64,000 nt of DNA from Octopus vulgaris (GCA_951406725.2 OX597833.1:56234001-56298000); one strand, 5' to 3'. Positions 38,527 through 52,979 are shown, numbered from the stretch's first letter. The notes: generated by a model not told the origin, from the sequence alone. Translations and numbers: made by a program.

Positions 38527-38742
38527 AGGCGGCAAGCTGGCAGAAGCATTAGCATATCAGGCGAAATGCTTAGAATATTTCATCCGGCTTTACATTCTGA
38601 GTTCAAATTCCGCCAAGGTCGACTTCACCTTTCATCCTTCCGGGGTCGATAAATCAGGCACCAGTTGCATACTGGAGTCGATCTAATTGACTGGCCCCCT
38701 CCCCCAAAATTTCAGGCCTTGTGCCTAGAGTAGAAAAGAATA
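38527..38742 (+). mobile_element. SINE family B
   Basis: ggcggcaagctggcagaa head, family core, aaatttcaggccttgtgcct tail. Confidence 0.85.
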
Positions 38743-38943
38743 TATATATATATGTATGTATATCAACCTTTGTATCTAAGTTATAGAATAAGTGCACATT
38801 ACTACATGTAGTAAGAGGCAATTAAAATTACACCCTTTCATACACACACATACACTGACCAAAGTGATGGTGATGATGATCACCATGGTTTTCCATGCCT
38901 GCATGGGTCAGCTAGAATTTGTTCAATGAACTTGTATATAAGT

Positions 38944-39319
38944 ATGTGGCCATGCTGGAGCACCGCCTTTAGTCGAGCAAATCAGCCCCAGGACTTATTC
39001 TTTGTAAGCCTAGTACTTATTCTATCGGTCTCTTTTGCCAAACCGCTAAGTTTCAGTAAACACACCAGCATCGGTTGTGAATCGATGGTGAGGGGACAAA
39101 CACAGACACACAAACATACACACACACACACACATATATAAACATATATACGACGGGCTTCTTTCAGTTTCCGTCTACCGTGTCCACTCACAAGGCTTTG
39201 GTCAGCCCGAGGCTGTAGTAGAAGACACTTGCCCAAGGTGCCACGCAGTGGGACTGAACCCGGAACCATGTGGTTGATAAGCAAGCTACTTACCACACAG
39301 CCATTCCTACATACATATG

Positions 39320-39368
<49 letters not shown>

Positions 39369-39550
39369 GTGCCGGTGGCACGTAAAAAGCACCCACTACA
39401 CTCGCGGAGTGGTTGGCGTTAGGAAGGGCATCCAGCTGTAGAAACACTGCCAGATCAGACTGGAGCCTGGTGCTGCCCCTGGCTTCCCAGACCCCGGTCG
39501 AACCGTCCAACCCGTGCTAGCGCGGAAAACGGACGTTAAACGATGATGAT
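38944..39550. mobile_element. SINE A (minus, 38944-39310) next to an RTE 3' UTR repeat (plus, 39365-39550)
   Basis: Matches to both families elsewhere in the window. Confidence 0.85.
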
Positions 39551-39584
<34 letters not shown>

Positions 39585-39929
39585 ATGTATGTATGTGTAT
39601 GTACATATATATATATATATCCATGATGATATATATATATTTATATATGTATGTATGTATATGCGCGCGTATGCAAGCAATGCACGGCCATACACTGGCA
39701 CATGGCTGACATGGAAATATCCATCTAGCAAATGAATAAATAAATAAATAAACAGATAAATAAATGATCGTCTGCTCCGTTGCAGAAAATCAGTGCACCA
39801 ACTCCCCTCTCTTCTAGCAATAAGATTCATATATCAAACCGGACAATGGAAACTTTGGGATTGATTCACAGTCATTCCTCATGTGTGCGAGGCTACGAGC
39901 GGTGTCAGTACAGATATTATGTATACACG

Positions 39930-39985
<56 letters not shown>

Positions 39986-40115
39986 AAGGTATGTAGAAAA
40001 ATACAACATGGACAAGAACGTATAACTCTTAGAAGACGATACAATAAACACGGACAGGACATTCGAAACCCTCAGTCTTCAGTCAAGAACCGGATCATCG
40101 TAGTAATTTCGGCTG

Positions 40116-40153
<38 letters not shown>

Positions 40154-40740
40154 CCTAAGTCTATAAATACAAGCTTAAAGCACAAATATTTGTGTTTGTT
40201 TGTGTTGTTAACGGGATTTATAAATAAGTCTATGTATGAACGGCGAGGAAAAGGGGGAATAGATTTTAGGTAAAATATTTATGGGTTAGTACGTCGATGT
40301 CGTTCGTATTCAACATACCTACGATCAAAGGCATTCCACCCGTGACTGTCCGTTCTCGGACAGCATCAGTCTTGTTTTATTTTATTTTATTGAAAACAGC
40401 AAGGTATGATTTAAAGGAGATTTGGCTTCTATTTTTAGCTAGCTGGTCGAGGTGAACACTTATAGGGTCCCTCACTGGCTCTTCGATCAGTATATTTATG
40501 ATGTGTATATATATATACACAAGAGTTATATATTTTATGCATTTTTTATTTTTATTTTCATCTAGTTTCAGCTCACGAGCTGTGGCCATGCTGGGGCACC
40601 GCCATATATATATATATATAGTTATATCCAAAATCAGTTTCTCTTAAGTGTATTGAATATGTATCAGTCGTGTACAGAATGAAGACACCACACGTCTATA
40701 AAAAATATATAAATATCACATACATTGAATACATAAGCTG

Positions 40741-40771
<31 letters not shown>

Positions 40772-42029
40772 CTGTGTGTGTGTGTGTATGTGTGTGAGTG
40801 TGTGTGTGTGTATGTATGATGCAACGCGTGTCTGTATGTAATACAGTGTGTCTAATGAAGAAATTACAGCTGACATTCTCGCTGTGTGTTTGCGTATGCT
40901 TGCGTATGTATGTGCGTGCGAGTGTCAGTTTGTCCGTATCTATAAATGAATGGATGGCTGTCAGCTTCAGAAGAAAGAAAGAAGGAAAAAAATAAAGAGA
41001 GAGAGAGAGAGAGAGAGGGAGAGGGGGGAGAAGGGAGAGAATTTAAATGAAAAGAAGGGCATAAAAAGAAGAAAGAAGAAAAAAATAAAGCAAAAAAGGT
41101 AAAGCAGTCGAGAGAGAGAGAGAGAGACTTGAATGATGATTTGTAAGAGAAGAAAGAGTGAAAAAGCAGAGATTGCAAATGAAAGGAAGTAATAATAGAC
41201 ACAGAAGGATGATGATAAATGACATGAATAGAAAAGAAATCTCTCTCTCTCTCTCTCTTTGTCTCACATATATGTAAGTATTTTGTGTGTGTGTATGCGT
41301 GTGTGTGTGTGTGTGGTGTGTGTGTGTGTGTGTCTGTACACATACAGGCACATATAACATGATTATTTATAATTATATATACGTATATATATATATGTAT
41401 ATACGTATATATATATATATATACATACACATACGTATATATATAATTATATATACGTTTATATGTATAATTATATATATAAATATATACGTGCAATTAT
41501 ATGTATATATAATTATATATATATATATATGCATAAATATATATATATATATATATACATACTTTCATACATACATACATACATACATACATACACACAC
41601 GTACGTACATAATACATACATACATTCATACATACATACATACATACATACATACATACATACATACATACATACATACATACATACATACACGTACGTA
41701 CATACGTACAAACAAACAAACAAACAATATACGTATATATATATATATATATATATATACTATATATAATGTATATCACAGTATGAATCTATCTAGCAAT
41801 CTCGGATAATCTGTGTCTATCATTGTTAGACGAAAATAGAAGTTGGTGTCAGGACAGAAGATGAAGATGAAGATGAAGACAACGAAGGAAAAAAAAAAGA
41901 CTATATACAAGAAGGAGATAACGGCAATGCTGGTGATGGTGTGTGTTTGTGACAATGGTGGTGATGAAGAACAAAGTGGTTGGAGTCCTTGCTCACCGTG
42001 GTTGTCACTCGAGAAGAAATGGTACTCAC

Positions 42030-42064
42030 GGCCTGGCTCCAGCTTCACCTGACAACTTTTCCAT
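42030..42064 (-). CDS. Candidate first coding exon (MEKLSGEAGAR + 2 nt) of an unidentified gene
   Basis: ATG at 42064, 35 nt, then a canonical GTGAGT donor (42029-42024); pyrimidine-rich leader upstream; no downstream exon identified. Confidence 0.35.
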
Positions 42065-42155
42065 CAATTGTGTAACCTTGTGAAATCTTGGACAGAAAAA
42101 TGAAAGCCGAAACGGATAATTCAGGTCAGAGAGAGAGAAAGAGAGGGAGAGAGAC

Positions 42156-42192
<37 letters not shown>

Positions 42193-43107
42193 GAGGAGGA
42201 GGAATAGAGAAATTGAAAGTAGGAGAGTAGAAAGAGAGGGAGAGACAGAGACAGAGACAGAGAGAGGGGGAGGAGGAGGAATGGAGAAATCGAAAGTAGG
42301 AGAGTAGAGAGAGAGAGAGAGAGAGAGAGAAAAGGGGGTTAAGTAAGTATTGGGAAATGTAGAGAGAGAGAGTAAAAGGTATAGACGGAGGGGGAAAAGA
42401 AAAACGAGCGTGGAAGTAAGAGGTATTAGAGCAGACAGGGGTGTATGTATATAAGACGCGGATAGAGGAAGAGCAAGAGGGGAGGGAAAAAATCGAACCG
42501 ATAGAGATGGAGATCTGTGAGACAGAAGGGGAGGAGAACACGAGGGAGAAGACGATATCGGGGTAGAGACGTAGAGACAGGGAAAGCGTAATAGTAAGCG
42601 AGGAGGGGGGAGACAGATAGGAAGGGAAAGGTTTTGCAAAGTGAAAGGAATAGAGGGAGGTAGGAAGAGGGGAAATGACTCTAAAGAGAATTAGGTAAGA
42701 GGAAAGGCAGAGAGGAAGGCGATCGAGGTGAGTGTGAGAATTAGATGAAGGGGAGGAGAGTGGAGTGAATACTTGATTAGAGTAAAAGGCGAAGGGGAGT
42801 TATGTAGATATGTGTATGTTTATAGACGAAAAGAGAAAAGAGAAAGTGAAAGTAGGCTAGAGGAGACAGAGAGAGAGAGAGAGAAATAGAGAGGAAGAAA
42901 GAAAGACTGACAGTGGAAAAGAAAGATGTTCTAATAAGAACAATGAAGAAAAATTACAAAAAAGAGGGGAATATAAAAAGTATTAAGGGAAAATAAAGAA
43001 TAAAATAGAAAGATATTGAATAAATAGTGAGTAAAACAGAGAAAATGAGTGCAAAAGAGAGAGACAGAGAGAGAGAGAGACGTATTATTTATGTGGGTTC
43101 ACTGGCT

Positions 43108-43189
43108 GTGACGTAGGAAACGTTGCTATGCGGTTGCTAACCACCAAATCAACAATGGTTGGTTGCCGTTCGCGCAGTGCTATGGATAC
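43108..43189. promoter_or_regulatory. Cluster of RFX X-box-like motifs and a CRE-like TGACGT in a CpG-rich patch
   Basis: gtgacgtaggaaac, gttgctatg, gttgctaa, gttgcc, gtgctatggatac within ~80 bp. Confidence 0.45.
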
Positions 43190-43524
43190 TGCGCTTTCTG
43201 TCCCGAACACTGATTATATGTGTATGTGTGTGTGTATATGTATTACACTTATGTTTTTATGTGTGTGTGTGTATGTATCCGGATGTGTGAGAGTATAAAT
43301 ATCGATAATGAAGTGTGTGACTGTATGAAAGAGAGAGAGAGAAAGAGAGCGTGTGTGTGTATGTATGTGTGTTTATAATGTATGTGTTATTAATTTATTT
43401 TTCTCCATACTCATAACAGACACATACACATACATTTATATCATACATACAAACAGAGCAATTAATGTGTAACTATTTGGTCTCCTAACACATTCTTGTT
43501 TTTCCCCCAATTTCTTACTCTTTT

Positions 43525-43555
<31 letters not shown>

Positions 43556-45306
43556 AAACACATATACATGCATAAACGTGTGAGTGTATGCGTATGTAAG
43601 TGCGTACGGATGTATGTATGTATGTATGTATGTATGTATGTATGTATGTATGTATGTATGTATGTATGTATGTATGTATGTATATATGTATGTATGTATG
43701 ATGTATGTATGTATGATGTATCTATGTATGTGTGTGCATGCGTGTGGTGTCCAATACAATGCGAGTACATATAAACTAAGTCATTGACATTTCTTGATGT
43801 TTCTTTTTTTCTCTTTTGTTTTACCTGCCTGTATCTTAAGAGAAAATAAACGACCAGTGGTATAGTGGTATGATAACAACGAAATTATTTTATATTAAAT
43901 CATCTTTTTTTTTTTTACCTGTAGCGGCTTTGATACTCACCTCGTTTTTTTCCTCAATCTCATACACAAATTCTTTGGAAATCCTGATTGATAAAGACTT
44001 TTCTCTCTCTTTCTCTTTCTCTACACACACACATCAGTCGGTAGCTGTTATTGTCTTGATTGTTTATCTCTGCCTCTCTTTTTTTCTCATATTTGTGTGT
44101 GCCTGCGTGTGTATGTGTGTGTATTTATGTGTGCCTGTGTGTGTATGTAACGCGCGCGCGTATGAATGTGCGTAAATTCGGGTTACAGAGAAGATGCAAA
44201 AACATTCATTCACAAAAACACATACGCTTGTATGTAAATTTATGTGCGTTTGTAAGTGAATGTGTAGGTGCAACCTTACGCTCGTGCGCCGACAGTAGTA
44301 CAGAGGAATAAAGGGAGAGGGATGAAGAAAGAGGTGAGTGTGAGATGGAGAAAGAGTGAAAGTAGCAACAGAGAGTAGTGGGAGGATTTTGGCGATTACT
44401 ATAACATTATGAATGAAAATGTCGGTTTGTGAATATTCGTACATATAATTAATTCTTCAACAGAGGCTGGTTTCCACACCACTATTTTTGATGAAATGTG
44501 TAGTTTTTGTATTTGTTACAGCCGATGTTCTTCCTATAAATGCTGGTACTTCATATCAAATTGTATATTCTGTCTTACCTGGATCTTAAATTGTAAGAAT
44601 TTCTACAATTTTCGTTTTTCTTTCGTAGTATGTCAGTGCTGTGTCGCTTTCACGTAAAACCGTAGTAACGAGAGATTGTAAAATTAACCCCAGTTGCTAA
44701 ACGTAAGACTTGGAATATGACATCTGCCATTAATTCACATGATAGCATTTCTTTGAATTGTCGACAAATCATCATCATTAACATAATCAAGAACTACTGC
44801 AGTCACATGTAGTAGCGTGACCATTGAGTAAAATGCGTTATCCAATAAGCTCTAGTAATAGTATTTGTAGTAGTTTCATTCATTCATTCATTCATTCGAG
44901 AATTCATTCATTCAGTTGTTCCAAACTATTCATTCATAGGTTTGTTCTTACGATTATAGTTGCAAGTAAGGAAAGTATGTGCCCATAGCCTGTCTTAGCC
45001 AAATTGCAGTTATGGTGACGGAGTTGAAGGTGGTGGTAGTGGTGGTGGTGGGTATTGGAAGCGTGGGATGGCTGGATGGAAGTGGAATTAGTGCTGTTAA
45101 CGTTTCGTTTTGAAGAATTGAAGTGTCGGTCCAATTAATTGATGGAAATACATGGACGGGGAAGGTAGTTCGGATTAAGGAAAACCCAACCACGGGAGTA
45201 GCGTTTAAATTAATGAAGAGGGCCTCGTTAAAACAAAAGAAGTGCTGTTTTTAATTCTCATTCTTGATGATCTCAGATTATTTTCTCCATGTTGATTAAT
45301 TAAAGC

Positions 45307-45337
<31 letters not shown>

Positions 45338-45369
45338 CGAAAATCCTCTCTTTTGATGTTGTTTAAACA

Positions 45370-45900
45370 CCAGGTTCTCTCTGATCGAGGCGTTCCAACT
45401 GTGACCATCCCATATATTTGAGGGTAGGTAGAGCTACATTATTTAATGTCCTTCCATTTTTTTTAAAGACGTTATGGTGTATTTTTAAGGTAAAAATTTA
45501 GCTACTATTTCTAGCATGTTGAGTGATCATTAGAGACTTGAGCTACTTTTGATGTCTGATGTTGTTGTTGTCTAGTGTCAGCAGTGATCGAACAGAAGCG
45601 TTCCAACCGTGATCATCTCGAACACTATTCATTATACACTGTATCTAGAAACACATTGCCCGACGTGTCCCTCTTTTTGTAGGACGATAGGGTACGATTT
45701 TGGGACGACTTGGTTGCTATTTCTGTTTGGTGTTCTTTTGTTCATCTACTGATCGAAGACGTTCCATTTGTGACCATCCCGCCCTTAGACGGTTATCTAG
45801 AACTGCCTTATACAATATACATTTTTAAGACGGTGTTGTTTGAAGGTGATTTAGCTACTATTTTTAGCAGGTCGAGAACCACGTAGAGGTTCGCTCTTTG
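45370..45900 (-). mobile_element. Three tandem decayed copies of repeat family E
   Basis: gatcga..gcgttccaac.gtgaccatccc ... gctactatttctagca.gtcgag..ccacgtagagg; other copies near 20690, 21530, 22060, 40320, 48795, 49860, 51870. Confidence 0.7.
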
Positions 45901-46114
45901 ATATAATATTAAAATGGTAAAATACATAAATAATTTTTGCATTATAGATCTAATGGTACTTGTGGTTTAGTGTGGTCCATAAACGCACACACAGAGGTAT
46001 ATTAAAGTGCTTCATTATGCTTTCTTTAAGACATAATTTAACATCAATGAATATTTAAATGTCTTTCATATTATACACATATAAATACACGCAAACGCAC
46101 GTTCACACACATAA

Positions 46115-46524
46115 TATGTATGTATGTATGCATGTATGTATGTATGTATGTATGTATGTATGTATGTATGTGTGTATGTGTGTATGTATGTGTGTATGTA
46201 TGTATGTATGTATGTATGTATGTATGCATGTATGTATGTATGTGTGTATGTGTGTATGTATGTGTGTATGTGTGTGTGTATGTATGTATGTATGTATGCA
46301 TGTATGTATGTATGTATGTATGTATGTGTGTGTGTATGTGTGTATGTGTGTGTGTATGTATGTATGTATGTATGTATGTATGTGTGTGTATATGTATGTA
46401 AGTATGTATGCGTGTCATTCATTTTATTTCAAGATTTCTTGCCAATAGACAGAGAGGTCTTTAACCTAGATTCTAGGCTCCTTCATTAGAATTTTCAACA
46501 TCAACAACAGGGTATATATGTATG

Positions 46525-46558
<34 letters not shown>

Positions 46559-46620
46559 TGTATGTATGTATGTATGTATGTATGTATGTATGTATGTATG
46601 TATGTATGTATGTATGTATG

Positions 46621-46653
<33 letters not shown>

Positions 46654-46800
46654 CATTGTTCAGTTTTATTTCAAGATTTCTTGCCAATAGAGAAAGAGCC
46701 GGTTTCTAACCTAGATTCAAGGCTCCTTCTTTGGAATTTCAACAACAGGGTATATATGTATGTATTATGTATGTATGTATGTATGATGTGTGTATCTATG
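46115..46800. repeat. (TATG)n/(TG)n block with two copies of a ~90-bp insert
   Basis: tttcaagatttcttgccaatag...aacctagattc.aggctccttc...aacaacagggta near 46425-46515 and 46665-46752. Confidence 0.85.
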
Positions 46801-47377
46801 TATAATCACTAAAAAAAGTATCTGTATAAACTCAGTTACATAGAATTTACTAAAACACTCACTAAGAAGGAACACAAATGTTTATATACTAACATTATTA
46901 AAGGGGAAGGATGAAAAATCAGTGTGTATGTATTATGTAATAAATAAAACAGTTAAGTATGTACGTGTGAATATATATATCTGTGTGTGTGTGTGAATAC
47001 CTGGAAGAATAAAGACTTCAATCAAATTGTAAGGTAGTCATTAATACAAATTGGATAAATTTTATTTTCTCTACACTTCTTTGTATTAAGTCCTTTTTTT
47101 TTTCTTTTTTTAGTCTTGGATATAACCCGCGAACCGTTCGTTATTAGTGCAAGATTCAATGGCATCAACTAATTCTTCCTCTTTAAACTGTTGGTCTCAT
47201 ACCCAAATCAAAAATCATTAATTGTATTACTATTTGCAGCTCTTGTGGTCAATAAAGAAATTATTACAACCATTTTTATAATATATACATAGATATGTAT
47301 GTGTGTATATTATTTCATCTTTTACTTACTTCAGTCATTAGACTGCGGCCATGCTGGGGCACCTCTTAAAGTGTGTA

Positions 47378-47539
<162 letters not shown>

Positions 47540-47610
47540 TAACTGATGCCTAGAAGCTTTCAGCTCCGGTATTTGAAACTCAGTATTGTCATGACAACTT
47601 ACTGATTGTC

Positions 47611-47734
<124 letters not shown>

Positions 47735-47764
47735 CATACATACACACACACATACATGTATTTC

Positions 47765-48042
47765 GTTTTTGCTTTTGGTTTGCAAGATTCTTTATGTGAA
47801 TTCGTGTGTTGAAGCATGTTTTATTTTGTCTGGAGAGAGTCATTCTCTTTTAGTGCCTTATTAATTCAACACACTCACCGGTTCGATTTCCACTCGTTTA
47901 CTTTATTATTTTTTGTAAAATTTTCGTTGCGTCTTGCAACCTTTTCATATAGTCGTTAGAAAAAATAAATGAATGGATATCGAACCGGTGACTGTGTTAA
48001 GTATTAAGGCACTAAAAGAGAATGACTCTCCCCAGACACAAT
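47765..48042. mobile_element. Dispersed repeat with foldback ends (relatives at 56578-56770 and 61880-62003)
   Basis: Arms 47826-47899 and 47966-48042; the loop on minus reads TGAAAA g gttgc aagac gcaac GAAA attt (hammerhead-like). Confidence 0.75.
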
Positions 48043-48043
48043 A

Positions 48044-48056
48044 AGATAGATAGATG

Positions 48057-48122
<66 letters not shown>

Positions 48123-48215
48123 CAGGCACACAAATAGACATATAGACAAGTAGATAGATAGATAGTTAGATAGATAGATAGATAGACAGGCACACAAATA
48201 GACAGACAGGTAGAC

Positions 48216-48260
<45 letters not shown>

Positions 48261-48305
48261 TATAGATAGATAGACAGGCACACAAATAGATAGACAGGTA
48301 GACAA

Positions 48306-48338
<33 letters not shown>

Positions 48339-48419
48339 CAGGCACACAAATAGACATATAGACAAGTAGATAGATAGATAGATAGACAGGCACACAAATA
48401 GACAGACAGGTAGACAGAC

Positions 48420-48458
<39 letters not shown>

Positions 48459-48712
48459 CAGGCACACAAATAGATAGATAGATAGATAGATAGACAGGCA
48501 CACAAATAGATAGACAGGTAGACAGACAGATAGATAGACAGGTACACAAATAGATAGATAGATAGATAGACAGGTAGACAAATAGATAGATAGGGAGACA
48601 GGCACACAAATAGATAGACAGGTAGACAAATAGATAGATAGAGACAGGCACACAAATAGATAGACAGGTAGACAAATAGATAGATAGATAGATAGATAGA
48701 TAGACAGATAGA
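48044..48712. repeat. Compound (GATA)n/(GACA)n satellite with a recurring GACAGGCACACAAATA unit
   Basis: Direct reading. Confidence 0.95.
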
Positions 48713-49302
48713 CACCGAAGGCGAATTTTCATATGGAGAATTTGTTTTGTTCTTTTTACCGCCGCGTTAATCATGATCAAAAATAGACCGATCGCCTACG
48801 ATCAAAGGCATTCTAACCATGACCGTCTCCTCTTGTCAGACAGTTTCTCATAGACTGCATTATCCAATATACCCTTCCGTTCGTTTTCATTTTTATTTTT
48901 ACGGTGTGATTTCGAAAAGAGACTTTTAGCCGGTCGCGTGATCAGTCGTATAGAGAGCCTTATGGTACTCAGCTGTTTCGGCTAACTGCACCCCCACCAC
49001 CACCACCACCACCACACACACGTACATATACGGAACAAACGTGATGAACCTGTGTGGTGGCTCCAGCTGCTAGAACTAAAAACCAAATCTTCTTTAAATC
49101 ACATCTTAACATCGTAAGAGAAAAAAAATAAAAGCGGAGAGGAGAAACAACATTGGACAATATAGTCTTTTAATGTACGAAAATGACCGAATTTTCTCAG
49201 CTAGAATATCTTTAATCTCAGAGGTGTTCATTCAGAGCTGACTTGGGATGTATGAACAGGAATCACAGCAAAAACGACTGTTAGTTTAACCCCGGTCAAC
49301 TA

Positions 49303-49696
49303 TCTCTCTTATATATAAAGCTGAAGTTGTTCGTGTATGGCAGGTTTGGTAGCCTTCAACTAACCCTATCTCCTCCGAGACCCTGTGGTGCAAGTTGACC
49401 AAAATTGAGAGTATGATAGAAAAAGGCTTGCTCTTCCTTCCGTAGAAGAAAGAATTCAAAATCGGACCATGTTAACACCAAAAATTATTTACATCAAAAA
49501 GGTGCTTTTTTTCTATGAAAATCCCTATTTTTTACGATTTTTTGACTGCTGTGTCTCCATTTTTCGGTGTATTTCAACCAGTAAAATGTTCACCTAAAGA
49601 GAATAACAAGCTACATAATGCAAAATTTTTACTTTTCAAAAATTCCAATTCTAAAGGGGCGAAACAAACCCGAGCAACGCCGGGCGATACTGTTAG
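49303..49696 (+). mobile_element. Non-autonomous Helitron
   Basis: a|TC..ttatatataaag 5' end; 3' hairpin cccgagcaacgccggg, then gatactgTTAG|t. Confidence 0.8.
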
Positions 49697-49956
49697 TTAT
49701 CAATAAGGAAAGAAAGACATCCTTGCTCCAAATTTTTCAGGAACATATCTAGAACTACATAATCCTTTGATGAAAAGGCATTCTTGCTTCATCATTTTTA
49801 GAAGTGTGTCTGTCTAAGACTACATTATCCAATATCCTTCCCCCCACTCTCATATAATATGGTAGAGTGCGATTTGGATAAGATTTTGCTGCTATTTCTA
49901 GCAAATCGAACGACCACGTATAGGCTCACTTGTTGGCTCCTGTATACAAGTGGGAC

Positions 49957-50843
49957 AGTTATTCAAAACAGAATGAAATAGACCCACTGCGTGGCACTTT
50001 GAGCAAGTGTCTTCTACTATAGCCCCGGGCCGACCAAAGTCTTGTGAGTGGATTTGGTAGACGGAAACTGAAAGAAGCCCATCGTATATATGTATATATA
50101 TATATATGCATGTGTGTGTCTGTGTTTGTCCCCCTAGCATTGCTTGACAACCGATGCTGGTGTGTTTATGTCCCCATTACTTAGCGGTTCGGCAAAAAGA
50201 GACCGATAGAATAAGTACTGGGCTTACAAAAGAATAAGTCCCGGGGGTCGAGTTGCTCGATTAAATGCGGTGCTCCATCATGGCCGCAGTCAAATGACTG
50301 AAACAAGTAAAAGAGTAAAGAGAGTATGTGTGTGTATATATGTTTTTGCAGCTGTGTTTGTTCCCCCAACATCACTTGACAACCGATGCTGGTGTGTTTA
50401 CGTCCCCGTAACTTAGCAGTTCAATATGCCAAAGAAAGGCAAAAAATGGTTAAAGGTAACTTGTATTAATCCTGTAATGCCTGAATAAATTAAGTGTTAA
50501 GATATTTCTTCGTGTTTCTCAATCCCTGAAAAGTGTATACATTTTTGAGGAGGACTCTGTATATGTTGTGTGAGTGTATATCTGTGTGTTTCTGTTGTCT
50601 TGATAGATAGATAGATAGATAGATAAAGATAGATAGATGATAGAACACCGAAGGCCAAACATATACAGACGCACAAACATATACAACACACATACATATA
50701 TATATACATATATACGATGGGCTTCTTTCAGTTTCTGTCTACCAAATCCACTTACAAGACTTTCGTCGGCCCGAGGCTATAGTAGAAGACACTTGCCCAA
50801 AGTGCCACGCAGTGGGTCTATTTCATTCTGTTTTGAATAACTG
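49957..50843. mobile_element. Inverted pair of identically truncated SINE A copies sharing flank sequence
   Basis: gttattcaaaacagaatgaaatagacccactgcgtgg on + near 49958 and on minus near 50842. Confidence 0.8.
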
Positions 50844-51252
50844 TTTGTCTTGATTTCATATGACAGTTGTAGGCGAGAGTCAATATCATACAAGCAGTAT
50901 CCTTGGTTTCCAGTCTTCTGTGAAGATATACCTGGCCATGGAGAAATATTGCCTAGCTTGGAAATACATAAGGCAATGGGAAGGGCATCTAGGCATAGAA
51001 AATCTGCCCCAGTAAATTCCATCTAATTCATGTGAATTGGGAAATTCAGACATTAAAGCAATGGTGATAATGATGATCACACACACATATATATATAACA
51101 GGCTCTTTTCAGTTTCTGTCTACCAAAACCACTCACAAGGTTTGGGAGTAGGGTAGATGGAATAGTAGAAGACACTTACCTAAGGAGCAAGGAGTCACAC
51201 AGTGGGACTGAACCCAAGGACATGTAGTTGGGAAGCGAACTTCTTAACCATA

Positions 51253-51418
51253 GGCACAGGAGTGGCTGTGTGGTAAGTAGCTTGCTTATCAGCCAACTAC
51301 ATGGTTCCGGGCTCAGTCCCACTGCATGGCACCTTGGGCAAGTGGCTTCTACTATAGTCTCAGGCCGACCAAAACCTTGTGAGTGGATTTGGTTGATGGA
51401 AACTGAAAGAAGCCCATC

Positions 51419-51464
<46 letters not shown>

Positions 51465-51680
51465 GTGTGTATATGTTTGTATGTCTGTGTTTGTCCCCCT
51501 AACATCACTTGACAGCCGACGCTGGTGTGTTTACGTCCCCGTCACTTAGCAGTTCGGCAAGAGAGACCAATAGATAAAGTACTAGGCTTACAAAGAATAA
51601 GTTCTGGGGTCGATTTGCTCGACTAAAGGTGGTGCTCCAGCATGGCCACAGTCAAAAATGACTGAAACAAATAAAAGGGA
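51253..51680 (+). mobile_element. SINE family A, head-to-head with a decayed copy at 51095-51252
   Basis: Family match. Confidence 0.85.
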
Positions 51681-52176
51681 AAAAAAACGTAAATTTAACT
51701 TCTTCTTTTCTTTCTACTTTCAGATTCTGTACAGCTCTGTAAAGATAACCATACATAGAACATGTGGCTTAGCTGAGATTTGATCCATTTCCACTGGTCT
51801 TGTGTCTCAGTTGTTATCGACTAAGATATGCTGCCACATTAGCCTGGTCATTGTCATTGGTTAATTCCAGGTGAGCCCTGACCAAACAAATCTAGCATCA
51901 AAGGTATTTCATACCAGCTATGACTATCCTGTTCTTCACTCTGGCAGTATGATTTGAGGGATATTTGGCTGTTATTTTGTTTTAAAAATATAAGATTGTT
52001 GAAGTCTCAAAGTATCAAATGGATTTAGGAATATTACTGTTCCAAACCATAATATAAAGAACTAAAAAGAAAATTTGAAAAATCATTAATAATAAAAAAA
52101 AAAGAAATCAAATTTCATCATACTCATGTTTTTATTATAACATATTTGAAAGAAAAGTTGTTCCTCCTTATGCACT

Positions 52177-52219
<43 letters not shown>

Positions 52220-52343
52220 CCATGTACATACATATATATATTGCAATTTCCAGGGCTTCATTATTTCTGAAGGAGGAGCCCCCTCCCTGGATTCCTTCCA
52301 CTGCTGTCTGTCTCTACCAGTCATGGCTATGTAGACTTCAGGT

Positions 52344-52562
52344 CAGTGGTTTTCAACCAGGGTTCCGCGGAACCATAGGGTTCCGCCAGTACAGTCCAAG
52401 GGTTCCGCAAGAAGTTACAAAACTGCTAAAATCGGCAGTAGTTTTTAAGTCTCCTGTGCAGATATGTGTGCATGAGACTATTAAATTAGTGCACAGGGGT
52501 TCCTCGAGCCAGTGGAATGTTTCCTTGGGGTTCCGCTCCTGCAAAAAGGTTGAAAAGCACTG
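52344..52562. mobile_element. hAT (Charlie/Buster-like) MITE with 8-bp TSD
   Basis: TIRs cagtggttttcaacc / ggttgaaaagcactg; TSD cttcaggt on both sides; internal gggttcc subrepeats. Confidence 0.9.
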
Positions 52563-52576
52563 CTTCAGGTAGTAAG

Positions 52577-52790
52577 TGAAACCATCTCACTGTCTTGTCT
52601 TAGGCCATCCTCCTGATCTGACCATTGTTTTGGTGACCATTCTGTTACCCTGATTGTCCATCTGTTGTCTTTCAGTCATGCAATGTACCTAACCCATTTG
52701 TATTTGTCCTCCTTGATGGTTCTAATGATGTCATTGACACTTGTGTGCTGTTCAATCAAGGCATTGGTTTTCTTGGCTTGCAATAGATCT
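52577..52790 (-). pseudogene. RTE ORF C-terminal fragment of a second RTE lineage
   Basis: KTNALIEQHTSVNDIIRTIKEDKYKWVRYIA*LKDNRWTIRVTEWSP. Confidence 0.75.
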
Positions 52791-52979
52791 GCCGCCTCGA
52801 TGCCAGTGCTGCCTGACTGGCACCCATGCCAGTGGCACTTGTAAAGCACCACTTGAGTGTGGTCGATGCCAGTGCTGCCTGACTGGCTCCTGTTCCGGTA
52901 GCACTTAAAAACAAATTTTCCCAGACTTGTGTCTCAGAGGGGAACTTTCTGGACCAAATACCAAAGAATTACTGTACAA

